From: Polyangiaceae bacterium
GTDB taxonomy: Bacteria; Myxococcota_A; Polyangia; Polyangiales; Polyangiaceae
Assembly (NCBI GenBank): GCA_965222375.1
Contig: CBDCTZ010000015.1
Location: 224,001-288,000, forward strand
Direction: 5' to 3'
Length of the DNA: 64,000 bases
Part shown: in pieces, positions 29,929-38,408 of the stretch
Layout: every line of letters starts with the position of its first letter
Position numbering within the stretch: position 1 is the stretch's first letter
The notes under the pieces: generated by a model
Seen by the model: the letters and a program-made list of their open reading frames with translations, nothing else
Told to the model about the DNA's origin: nothing
Databases searched by the model: none
Position numbers and translations under genes: made by a program

Positions 29929-30360
29929 TCATCTTCTATCGGAATTCGCGACATCGTCCGGCTCCGATTCCAACGCCGCTGCCGTTTCTTCGCTGGGCCC
30001 GGGCCCGCCAGCGACCTTCACCAACTCGGCATCGGAACAACGGTACACGCGCCCAAGTCCGTTGTAGCCCGAACACTTCGCGTTCGGCGGCTCGTTCTCC
30101 AAGATCACGACGAGATTGCCGCCCCGTTTGGCCGCTAGCCGCCGCATGCGCACGACCACGTCGTCTTTGCTTTTCGCGGGCTGTCGTTCATCGGTGACGA
30201 ACCATTCGCGCCCCACGGTGATCTCTTCGATCATCTCGCATGGGGGCTCAGACTTGCCCTCCACATACTTCACCTTGGCGGCCTCGGGAGTGAGCGTCTG
30301 TCGCGTAGTGATACAAGCTGGCAACACAGCCAGAAGGCCCAGAACAGTCAGAGTGCGCAT
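29929..30360 (-). CDS. Small lipoprotein (DUF4156-like)
   Basis: LPAC lipobox; LTPEAAKV...C...AAKRGGNLVV...GRVYRC pattern. Confidence 0.55.
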   Translation of the reverse strand: MRTLTVLGLLAVLPACITTRQTLTPEAAKVKYVEGKSEPPCEMIEEITVGREWFVTDERQPAKSKDDVVVRMRRLAAKRGGNLVVILENEPPNAKCSGYNGLGRVYRCSDAELVKVAGGPGPSEETAAALESEPDDVANSDRR

Positions 30361-30656
30361 GGCCCAGGAAGGCTGCGCCATCGCGACATCGGTTTCAAGG
30401 GTCGTCCGCCATGAACTTTGACGGGAAGATACCGATTCGTCTCGACGTATGGGAGTGCGCCTCGGCCGCATCATCGGTTCGTCGCACTAGCAAGAGGGCT
30501 CGACACCGCGCCAACAGCGCCCGGGCCCGATTCCAATCCAGAACCCCAATGCAGCAAGGCCGCCCGCCCCGCGCGAGGTGCCGATGACGCCGAGGGACGG
30601 CGCATCCCCGCAAACCCAGCTCGATCGGCCGAGGTTTCAGCGGCGGTAAACACCGC

Positions 30657-31568
30657 TCAGCCTTTGACGGTTCTCGGGCACTTGCCTTCTAGCAGGGGGC
30701 GGTGACGGACGATGCGCTCGGACACGAAGTCCATGAATGCACGAATGCGCGCAGACCGTCTCAAGTCGGGGTGAGTGAGGATCCACAGCGAGACGTCGAT
30801 CTCTTCGATGGGGTTGCTGCGAACCCGCACCAGGTCCGGCTCTTGATCGCCGACCGCGCACGCGAGGATCCCGACGCCCACTCCTTCTCGAATCAAATGG
30901 ATGAGGGAGCTGAAGGAGCTCACGCGCGCCGCGATGGTCGCTTTCGGGACCTGCTGCTGCATCCATTGAGCGGGACGCGCCCGGTCTCGCGGCGCGTCCC
31001 AACCGATCCAAACGTGGTCTTCGAGCGGGCGACGCCTCGGCGCGCGCTTCAGGTATTTCGGCGACGCATAGATCGCTGTCCGGAACGCGGCGAGGCGCCG
31101 CCCGACGAGTTCGTTCGGGGGCTTGTCAGTGGACCGCAACGCGACATCCGCCTGCCTCTTGGAAAAGTCGACCAATTGGCCTGCCTCCACGACCTCGATA
31201 GCGATCTCTGGATACGTTTCGCAGAACGCGGCGAAGGGCTCGGCCAGAAAGGGCATGATCGAGTCCAAAATGCCAACGCGCACGACGCCCGCAGGCCGCA
31301 GGCTCTCCGCCATCGCCCGCCGGGCCGCATTGCCGATCACGTCCTCGACTTCTTCTGCGGCTCGGACGATCTCCTCCGCGGCGGGCGTGAGTAGGTAGCC
31401 CTCGGTCGTCCGCAGGAAGAGCGTCGTGCCCAGCTTGGCTTCCAGCGATGCGATGCGCCGGGCAACCGTCTGGTGACTGACCTTCAACTGCGACGCGCCC
31501 TTCCGCACCGACCCCGCTTCGGCAACGGCACGTACGAAGCGCAAATCGTCCCAATTCAGCTGGTCCAT
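30657..31568 (-). CDS. LysR-family transcriptional regulator
   Basis: WDDLRFVRAVAEAGS...TVARRIASLE...LFLR HTH; ADVALR; WILTHPDLR. Confidence 0.93.
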   Translation of the reverse strand: MDQLNWDDLRFVRAVAEAGSVRKGASQLKVSHQTVARRIASLEAKLGTTLFLRTTEGYLLTPAAEEIVRAAEEVEDVIGNAARRAMAESLRPAGVVRVGILDSIMPFLAEPFAAFCETYPEIAIEVVEAGQLVDFSKRQADVALRSTDKPPNELVGRRLAAFRTAIYASPKYLKRAPRRRPLEDHVWIGWDAPRDRARPAQWMQQQVPKATIAARVSSFSSLIHLIREGVGVGILACAVGDQEPDLVRVRSNPIEEIDVSLWILTHPDLRRSARIRAFMDFVSERIVRHRPLLEGKCPRTVKG

Positions 31569-31654
31569 TCTTGGACCACTCTATGCCTAGAAATGGCGAC
31601 TTGTCGACCAGCGGCGGACCGCTAGCTTCTCTCCATCAACCGGAAGGAATCAAG

Positions 31655-32167
31655 ATGGGGATCCGTTCGCTTTTGCCGCTCGCCCTGTTGGCCACCACTC
31701 ACTGCGGCGGCGGCGCTCCCGAGCCGGCGGCGCCTACGTCGGAGCCCGTCGCCGATCCACCCGCCGCCGACCCAGCGACCATGCCCGAAGCCGAGCCGGA
31801 GGCACCGGCGGTCGAAGCACCCGCGGCCTGGGCCGACGACCTCAGCATGGATCAGAAGAAGGCCTTCATGCAGGCCAAGGTCATGCCGAAGATGAAGGCG
31901 CTGTTCGAGGGGATGAGTGCCGAACACTACGCCGACTTCAGCTGCAAGACCTGCCACGGCCCAGAGTGGAAGAAGCCGAAGGACTTCTTGCCGACGCTCG
32001 AAATGAAAGACGGCAAGTTCACCGCCGCCAAGGACAAACCTCAGGTCGTCGAGTTCATGATGCAGAAGGTCACTCCCGAAATGGCGGGCATCTTCGGCCA
32101 GCCGCCCTTCGATCCGAAGACCGGCAAAGGCTTCGGCTGCGGGGGCTGCCACACGGTCAAGATGTGA
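31655..32167 (+). CDS. Diheme c-type cytochrome lipoprotein
   Basis: Signal + Cys, Pro/Ala linker; CKTCH and CGGCH. Confidence 0.75.
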   Translation: MGIRSLLPLALLATTHCGGGAPEPAAPTSEPVADPPAADPATMPEAEPEAPAVEAPAAWADDLSMDQKKAFMQAKVMPKMKALFEGMSAEHYADFSCKTCHGPEWKKPKDFLPTLEMKDGKFTAAKDKPQVVEFMMQKVTPEMAGIFGQPPFDPKTGKGFGCGGCHTVKM

Positions 32168-32181
32168 CCCGGCCCGCACCG

Positions 32182-32328
32182 ATGAGGCCCTGGCTGGTCG
32201 CCACTTTGCTCTTGGCGTCCTGCTCGAAAGCGCCCGCCTCGGCATCCAGCTCGACCAAAAATCATCGCCGCTGCTCACTACGCCGCCATCACGCCGCCCC
32301 CGCCCCTGAGCGCTCGGACTGCGGGTGA
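32182..32328 (+). pseudogene. Truncated lipoprotein remnant or very small lipoprotein
   Basis: MRPWLVATLLLASC is a clean lipoprotein signal, but the frame ends after 48 aa. Confidence 0.3.
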
Positions 32329-32448
32329 GAGTGGCGAGCGACGCGCTTGGCCCGCGGTCATGAATGTGAAGCGCCCTTGTTTCCCCGCGGGGCAGCCACG
32401 TGGCACCGACTTCGCGCTTGTTCGAGCGACCGACCTGGGCCTCCGGTG

Positions 32449-34536
32449 CTACTTCGGCCCCTCTAGGGTGCAGGTGTCCGAGCAGCCGTCGCCGGAAACA
32501 GTGTTTCCGTCGTCGCATTGTTCGCCCTCGTTCGACTGCACTTTGCCGTCACCGCAGCGCGGGCCGAATACACAATTCGCCTCGCAGCCGTTGTAGCCGC
32601 CGGCGTTGACACCGTCGTCGCACTCCTCGCCGAACAGGCTGTCCACCTGGGCGTCACCACAAAAGGCGCCCAGCTTGCAGCCTGGTGCGCAGCCCGCGCT
32701 GCCCGTGGTGCTGTAGGTCGTCAGGTTCGTACCGTCGTCGCATTCCTCAGGCGGATTTTGCTGGGTGCCGTCTCCGCAGCGGGGGCCAGGCTTGCAGTCC
32801 TTCGTGCATGAGCCGTAGCTGCCATCGTTCTTGCCGTCGTCACAGGTTTCGTCACCGGTCACGATGCCATCGCCGCATACACTCACGCAGGTGCTCTTGG
32901 CGCTGACGAAACCGCCCAGGGTCAAGTTGAAGTTCGAAGCCGTGGTGTGCCTCTCGGCGTGGAACAGAGCAATCTCGTAGACCTTGCCCTTGGTCAGGCC
33001 GAGTTGAGCCTCTAGCGCCGCGTTGATGGTAAACGAGTCCGAGCGCTGCGGGTGCAATCCGCCCAAGTCCAGCGCGAGCTTGCCAGCGACGAAAACCCAC
33101 ACGTCATCGTCGCCGCTGAAGTTCAGGGTTTCGCCACCCTTGTATTCGAACCAGGTGCGGATTTCGCTCGTGAATCCGAAATTGTGGCCGCTCGACGCAT
33201 TCTCCTTGTTTTGGGCGACCCAACCTTTGCCATCCAACGGGAAGAAGGACGCATCGGGAAAGAAGTACGTGTTGTTCGGCTGCTTGTTGAGGGTCAGCTT
33301 GGTGACCTCTTTGACGTTCACACCGGCCACGTCCGTGTACCACTGAGCAAAGTTCGCTGCCGTGGTCAGCTGCTGCCCGTAGGGGCAAGGCGGGTTGGGC
33401 GATCCGGCGTTCGAGCAAATCCCCGCGAACACCGGTTTGCCCGCCGCATTCAGGTTCGTCTGAACCAGTCCCTTCGTGGCTTGGCTGCCGCTGAAGATCT
33501 CGAAATCCGGGTGGCGAGTCGAGCCCCCCGCCGGCAAGGACACTTTGTCGCGGAACACGATGGGCACTTCGAGCTTTGCAGGCAACTGCCCCGCAACCAC
33601 CGTGCATTGAAAGCCCGCTTCCTTCTTGCAAACTGACGAGCAACCGTCGCCGTTCAGCGTATTACCGTCATCACACTCCTCGGCATCCCCGGGCAGGATC
33701 AGGCCATCACCGCATGCGGAGACGCAGGCGCCGGCGCTGCAATTGGGTTCGACTTCGCAGAACGGACTGCAACCATCACCGATGATCAGGTTGCCGTCGT
33801 CACAGGGTTCGTCGCCTTCCTTCTTTCCGTCGTTGCAGACCGTCTTGTAACAGGCCTGACCCGCTGGGCCACAGGCGTAGCCAGTCTCGCGCTTGCAAGT
33901 GGCCGAGCAGCCGTCGCCCGAGGTCGGTGTGGTGTCGTCATCCTCACACTCTTCATTGCCCGCAATGATGCCGTCGCCGCATTTGTCGGCTTCGCAGTTG
34001 GCGCCAGGGGTGGGACACTTCCAGCCGGGTTCGAGAACGCATTTGTCGGAGCAGCCATCGCCGGATGTCTTATCTCCGTCGTCACAGGTTTCCTGCCCGG
34101 TGACCTTGCCGTCTCCGCACACCACCGTAGACACGCAGGGTTGCCCCGGCGTAGGGCAGGCAAAGTTCGCTTCTACGCTCTTGCAGTCCGCCGCACAGCC
34201 GTCCCCGGAGACGCTATTGCCATCGTCGCAGACTTCTCCCGGTTGGATCTTGCCGTCTCCGCAACCCTTGATCACGACAGCGCCGTCGCCGGCGTCTGCG
34301 TCGCCACCAGCGTCTTCTTGACCGGAGTCGATGTTGATCGCAGCACCGGTCCCACCGGTGGCGCCTCCAGCAACCCCTCCGCCACCTGCGGCGCCACCGA
34401 ACGCACCGGTGCCCGAGTCTGCGACGTTCACTTCGGGTTTGCCGTCATCGCTACAATGAGCCAGCAGCGGCAACGAGAGCGCTGCCACGCCAAGGGGCAG
34501 CCAGCGCGTAGAATAAGACTGAGACAAGAATCGCAT
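32449..34536 (-). CDS. Fibro-slime domain lipoprotein with myxobacterial Cys-rich repeats (DUF4215-like)
   Basis: Many CGDG...ECDDGN...GDGCS repeats; HPDFE, FFPLD, HNFGFTSE, FSGDDDVWVF, DLGGLH, LFHAERHT. Confidence 0.88.
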   Translation of the reverse strand: MRFLSQSYSTRWLPLGVAALSLPLLAHCSDDGKPEVNVADSGTGAFGGAAGGGGVAGGATGGTGAAINIDSGQEDAGGDADAGDGAVVIKGCGDGKIQPGEVCDDGNSVSGDGCAADCKSVEANFACPTPGQPCVSTVVCGDGKVTGQETCDDGDKTSGDGCSDKCVLEPGWKCPTPGANCEADKCGDGIIAGNEECEDDDTTPTSGDGCSATCKRETGYACGPAGQACYKTVCNDGKKEGDEPCDDGNLIIGDGCSPFCEVEPNCSAGACVSACGDGLILPGDAEECDDGNTLNGDGCSSVCKKEAGFQCTVVAGQLPAKLEVPIVFRDKVSLPAGGSTRHPDFEIFSGSQATKGLVQTNLNAAGKPVFAGICSNAGSPNPPCPYGQQLTTAANFAQWYTDVAGVNVKEVTKLTLNKQPNNTYFFPDASFFPLDGKGWVAQNKENASSGHNFGFTSEIRTWFEYKGGETLNFSGDDDVWVFVAGKLALDLGGLHPQRSDSFTINAALEAQLGLTKGKVYEIALFHAERHTTASNFNLTLGGFVSAKSTCVSVCGDGIVTGDETCDDGKNDGSYGSCTKDCKPGPRCGDGTQQNPPEECDDGTNLTTYSTTGSAGCAPGCKLGAFCGDAQVDSLFGEECDDGVNAGGYNGCEANCVFGPRCGDGKVQSNEGEQCDDGNTVSGDGCSDTCTLEGPK

Positions 34537-34776
34537 ATCGATTAGGTATGCACCCTCGTGACGGGTCGTCAACGACGGCAGAGCGCAACCGGAGCCAACT
34601 CACCCCCCCGAGGTGACCTGATCCAGGCCGATGCGTTCGCAAGCGAACCACATCGCGGGCGCTGAGCGGGCACCTGCCGCGACACCAGGTGGGCAACGCA
34701 CCTACATCTCTGATTGTTTGGTTGGGGTCGCGGACATGGTGCGGCGCAGGGCCTCTACTCTCGACTATGGGGTGGC

Positions 34777-35122
34777 CTGTCCGTCCAGAACAAAGTGGTC
34801 CGTCGCCCTGAGGTAGAGGGGAGTTCTTCGTCGGCAGCGCGTTGGTTGGGGAGAAAGTCCAGCTCAGGCTGTCTGAATCGACTATTCGCGGTCGTGGCTT
34901 GTCGGAAGACGAGGAAACCAAGAACGGGCTGTCTGAATCGACTATTCGCGCTCGCAATGGCGCATAGGTGGAGGTCCGTTGGCGGGGCGCAATCGCCGTG
35001 ACAAGGTCGTGGCCAGCTTTCGCTGGACGCCTGGAGCGAGAGTAACGCGCTCACCGCCTCTGGACAGCCGTTGATTGGCTTTCTCAGGTCAACCTTGTGG
35101 GCTGCCGGAGTCTGGAGGTTTT
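34777..35122 (-). ncRNA. Candidate bridge/seek RNA region in the IS 3' non-coding end
   Basis: About 350-nt non-coding end containing short matches to the element's own target and donor junction sequences; RNA ends are unknown. Confidence 0.55.
34867..34950. repeat. Perfect 24-bp direct repeat x2, 60-bp period
   Basis: GGCTGTCTGAATCGACTATTCGCG at 34867-34890 and 34927-34950. Confidence 0.95.
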
Positions 35123-36151
35123 CTACGCCACGGTTTGCGCTGCCTTTCGATGGTTGAGCTCGTATACAGAGCCGTCGCGCCACAACGCGAAGAGCACGCC
35201 AGCTAGTTTGCGGGCCAACGCCACGGTAGCGATGAATTTGCCACGGCGTTGCTCGATTTGCTCTGCCCACTTGGACATTGGGTCGTTGGGCCGTGTACGC
35301 CGAAAGGTCCACGCCGCCTGCACCAAGTTGGTGCGCACCATCGCCGGTCCGGCCTTGGTGATCCCGAGCCGTTGCTGACGATCGCCGCTGGATTTCTCGC
35401 CCGGAGTCAGCCCAAGAAAGGCTTCGACAGAGTGAGCGCTCGGAAAACGTGTCCTGTCGTCGAGTGCTGCCACAAAGCGCATGCTGGTTGCCGGACCGAT
35501 ACCGGGCACCGTCATGAGACGCTGACAGACTGGGTCCTTCTTCGCCAGGGCCCTGAGCTCCTCGTTGGCTTCCTTGATCTGCACGTTGAGAGCTTCGATG
35601 GCCTGCAAAAGACGCTCGACGTGCTGCGGCAATCCATCGGGATGAGCGAGGGCTGCAGCGCGGAGGCGTGTGGGCAAGGTCGTGGGCTCGCCGGAGCACA
35701 TTTTCAACAGTTGCGTACGCCTCCAGCCTTGCACTGCATTTGCCAATGCCGTGCGTGCACCAAGCAGTTGCTCGCGCATTGCGCACATCGTGCGTCTGTC
35801 GCGAGCCTGCTCCGCCGGGATGTGCACCGATGGCAAGTCGATACGGCACGAGACTTCGCTGAGGACCTGCGCATCGCGCCGGTCGGTCTTGATGCCTCGA
35901 GCCCCGACCCCCAAACTGCGCACCAACGTTGCTGGGACCACACGCACCTCGTGTCCACATTCCAGAGCCCAGTCGGCGACTCGGAATGCTTCCGAACACG
36001 TTTCCAGTACAATTCGGCTCTTGGGCTGGTGCTGAAAGAAGCACATCAAACTGCTGGTCGCGATCCTCTTCTCCAGCAGAATTCCTTCGTCCGCGGCCCG
36101 CACACACACCTGCGATTGTTTTCCACCCAGATCGACTCCAATATGCTCCAT
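35123..36151 (-). CDS. IS110-family transposase/recombinase
   Basis: DEDD RuvC-like N-terminus (IGVDLG, VLET, KTDRRDA); TVPGIGP, AFLGLTPGEKSSG, GITKAG, VALARKL; RBS GAGGAG. Confidence 0.95.
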   Translation of the reverse strand: MEHIGVDLGGKQSQVCVRAADEGILLEKRIATSSLMCFFQHQPKSRIVLETCSEAFRVADWALECGHEVRVVPATLVRSLGVGARGIKTDRRDAQVLSEVSCRIDLPSVHIPAEQARDRRTMCAMREQLLGARTALANAVQGWRRTQLLKMCSGEPTTLPTRLRAAALAHPDGLPQHVERLLQAIEALNVQIKEANEELRALAKKDPVCQRLMTVPGIGPATSMRFVAALDDRTRFPSAHSVEAFLGLTPGEKSSGDRQQRLGITKAGPAMVRTNLVQAAWTFRRTRPNDPMSKWAEQIEQRRGKFIATVALARKLAGVLFALWRDGSVYELNHRKAAQTVA

Positions 36152-36238
36152 GGCTGTCTCCTCTAATCACTGCGCCTTTGAGCGCGTCTGTTGATTGAGG
36201 CCCGGTTTCCGGTGACCTCGTTAATGAGGAGACAGCCA
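36151..36238 (-). promoter_or_regulatory. RBS-sequestering stem in the transposase leader
   Basis: 13-bp perfect IR TGGCTGTCTCCTC (36151-63) / GAGGAGACAGCCA (36226-38) enclosing two smaller hairpins. Confidence 0.7.
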
Positions 36239-36514
36239 CTGTCGCCTCGCGCAAAGCCATCGCTCGCGCGTCCGGCGCCCAAGCGAACACCGTATGCAGA
36301 ACGGCCACCATGGCAGCCCTCCGCATCCGAAAGACGCCTCGGCGGCTACCTACCAGGTCACGAGCCACCCCATCACATCTCTGCGGGGCCGCGCGGGGTC
36401 GTAGCTCTCAAACACAGCGCCCACGCCGACACGCGCTGGGGACAATCAGTGCCTAGCACCGGCAGAGCACTCCCGGCTTGACAGGCGCAGTCTCTAGAGC
36501 CGACATGACGGACT

Positions 36515-36787
36515 ATGGACTGGAAGCTTGCACTTTCGACCTTCGCGGTCGTCTTTGCCGCCGAGATGGGCGACAAAACTCAACTCGCGACCTTTGCTTT
36601 CGCGAGCGGCGGTCGATCGAAAATAGCCGTGTTCATTGGCGCGACACTCGCCCTCGCTTTAACCAGCGCCATTGCCGTCATCGCTGGAGCTGCGGCGGGC
36701 AGGGTGGTCCCCGAAATTTGGCTCCAGCGTGGAGCGGGCGCGCTGTTCCTGGTGTTGGGAGCTGTCTACCTGGTTCGGTCGAGCTAG
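36515..36787 (+). CDS. TMEM165/GDT1 (UPF0016) family, single-repeat form
   Basis: FAAEMGDKTQLA motif; three TM helices; 90 aa. Confidence 0.88.
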   Translation: MDWKLALSTFAVVFAAEMGDKTQLATFAFASGGRSKIAVFIGATLALALTSAIAVIAGAAAGRVVPEIWLQRGAGALFLVLGAVYLVRSS

Positions 36788-36827
36788 AGCTATGGGTCAG
36801 CGCTGCCGCTCGCGGCGCCGCACGCTA

Positions 36828-37520
36828 TCAAGGCGAGCAACTCGCCGACCAATACGCTGGCCCCGCATCGGGTAGCGCGGCGTCCGGGGGTGGAGGAGTC
36901 GGGGATGGCGCCGCTCCGTTATTGGGTAACTTGAAGGGCAACTTCAAGCGTCCTTTCTTGGGCGCATAGACGGGCACTAGGTCGCATTGAGACGTGCCGC
37001 ACCCGGCACAGGCGCAGGCGGAGGCTGCATCGCCGAAGCACAGGTCGGAATACTTGTAGAGACAAGTCGTCATGCCAGCCTGCGAGCAAGGACCTGGATC
37101 CCAACTCGGCGCGCATTCGGCGACATGGCCGACTTGTCGGCAGCCGAATTCGCAGACGGTCGACTTGAGTGAGCAGAAGAACTTGCCGGGCACGTAGTAA
37201 GTCAACGTGTTCTTGTTGCAGGAGGACGTCGCCGGGCAGGTCAGAGCGTCTCCCGGGCCGACGTCGCTAGCCGCGTCACCGGTCGCGCCACCGGCAGCCA
37301 CGCCGTCATTCGGCGCATCGTGAGTCGCCGCACTGTCTAGACCGCCATCGCTAGCTCCGCCGGCCCCCGAGGTACCGTCGGCCTTGGGTGTGTAGGGGAT
37401 GCGCCCATCCTTGAGGGCGGGCCCGTCTGAACCCGATGCATCGACAACCTCCGTGACGTCGCGCCCAGCGCCACAGGCGGCGACCACCATCGAAAGCACC
37501 AGCAAAGCCCAACCCCGCAC
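36828..37520 (-). CDS. Hypothetical Cys-rich lipoprotein
   Basis: VAAC lipobox, D/A/G-rich linker, Cys-rich domain; start uncertain. Confidence 0.5.
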   Translation of the reverse strand: MRGWALLVLSMVVAACGAGRDVTEVVDASGSDGPALKDGRIPYTPKADGTSGAGGASDGGLDSAATHDAPNDGVAAGGATGDAASDVGPGDALTCPATSSCNKNTLTYYVPGKFFCSLKSTVCEFGCRQVGHVAECAPSWDPGPCSQAGMTTCLYKYSDLCFGDAASACACAGCGTSQCDLVPVYAPKKGRLKLPFKLPNNGAAPSPTPPPPDAALPDAGPAYWSASCSP

Positions 37521-37755
37521 GATTCGAGATCCTAGCACCGGCCGCGGCCGGCGCCGACGGGCGCAGCCACCCCGGAGCGCCGCCAGCCGTCGGCGCGGCC
37601 CAACTGCCCACCGTGCCCTCCCCCACATTGGGGGCGGGCTGTGTGCGGGGGCCAATCGGATCGGGGCGATGCCAATTGCTCGCTTTCTGTTGCCGCCCAC
37701 GGAATCGTACGCCAAAAACTAGACAGATTTTCAGTACTGGGAATATGAGTAGCTC

Positions 37756-38160
37756 ATGACCTTTTCGGACCAAGAAATCATCGTTCTGACTGCGTTTTCC
37801 TGGCTGGCCCAGACTGACCGACCTGCCACGCCCAGCGCCCTGGCCCAAACCACGGGGCTACCGCCGGTGGAGCTCAGCCACCGCATCCTTCAGCTGGAGG
37901 CGCTGGGGCTGGTGGATCGTCAGCGGCTACGGTTGACCCTGTCTGGCCTGTGCATCGCCGTGAGCGCGCAGGCTCGTCAGCGTCCCCGAACTGCGCGAAG
38001 CACTACTGCTACAGGCTGTCGCATGACCGTCAGGCGCCGGCGCGCCGCGACAGGGGCATGCGACCGGCCTGGATGGACGCAGGGCCGGCATCCAGCTCGT
38101 CGAGGAGCTGTCGCCAGCTCACGCCATTGTCGACCCCAGGGACCTTCGCGAGCTCTTTAA
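37756..38160 (+). CDS. Small winged-HTH-like protein (possibly frameshifted; true end may be 38026)
   Basis: ATPSALAQTTGL...ILQLEALGLVDR...LTLSG winged-helix-like pattern. Confidence 0.45.
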   Translation: MTFSDQEIIVLTAFSWLAQTDRPATPSALAQTTGLPPVELSHRILQLEALGLVDRQRLRLTLSGLCIAVSAQARQRPRTARSTTATGCRMTVRRRRAATGACDRPGWTQGRHPARRGAVASSRHCRPQGPSRAL

Positions 38161-38328
38161 GGGCATCCACTTCTTCCGGCACGACGGCGTTTGGAGCATC
38201 GAGGGCGTTTTCCGTCGCCCGGGCAACGGCTTCCGCGTGAGACAAGAGTTCGTGCAGTTCCTCCGGATGGATCAGCGGCTCGCCTTCTTCGGTAGTTCAG
38301 CGAGGGAATCTTTGACGGCTGCTGCCAT
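38030..38328 (-). pseudogene. Small acidic hypothetical gene with an apparent 1-bp frameshift
   Basis: ATG 38328 frame MAAAVKDSLAELP shifts to EEGEPLIHPEELHELLSHAE...; total length 299 bp. Confidence 0.35.
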
Positions 38329-38408
38329 TTGTTTCGCTTGAAAGCGGCGACAGTGTCACCCTTCCAGCCCTTCTGGGTGCAGCGTAAACCCGCAGCGCCG
38401 ATATAACA

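Larger units (their letters stand above)
34759..36381 (-). mobile_element. IS110-family insertion sequence (IS1111-like, sub-terminal IRs)
   Basis: Perfect 10-bp IRs ATGGGGTGGC (34767-34776) / GCCACCCCAT (36364-36373); each lies 4 nt from a shared TCTC (34759-62, 36378-81); single transposase inside. Confidence 0.8.

Noticed and set aside
34704..34712. ACATCTCTG also present at 36375-36383, as a possible target-site duplication
   Set aside because: IS110 elements do not normally make such duplications, and the IRs and shared TCTC place the end at about 34759. It may be chance or an old junction; an empty allele is needed to decide.
3606..34733. GGGTCGCGG recurring in intergenic regions (about 3606, 24390, 34725) as a REP-like element
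   Set aside because: A GC-rich 9-mer is expected a few times by chance in 64 kb, and there is no shared palindrome.
34759..34790. Circle-junction sigma70 promoter
   Set aside because: TGGACG is -35-like, but no convincing -10 forms at 16-18 nt in the reconstructed junction.
34867..34950. CRISPR array (24-bp repeat, 36-bp spacer)
   Set aside because: Only two repeats, no cas genes in the window, and it lies inside the IS110 end; reported as an IS RNA module instead.
34755..36368. 537-aa minus-strand ORF spanning the whole IS
   Set aside because: Alternative frame over the transposase, Arg/Ala-rich with no motifs; long shadow ORFs are common at this GC content.
36382..36514. yybP-ykoY Mn riboswitch before the TMEM165/GDT1 gene
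   Set aside because: Consensus elements not recognisable.
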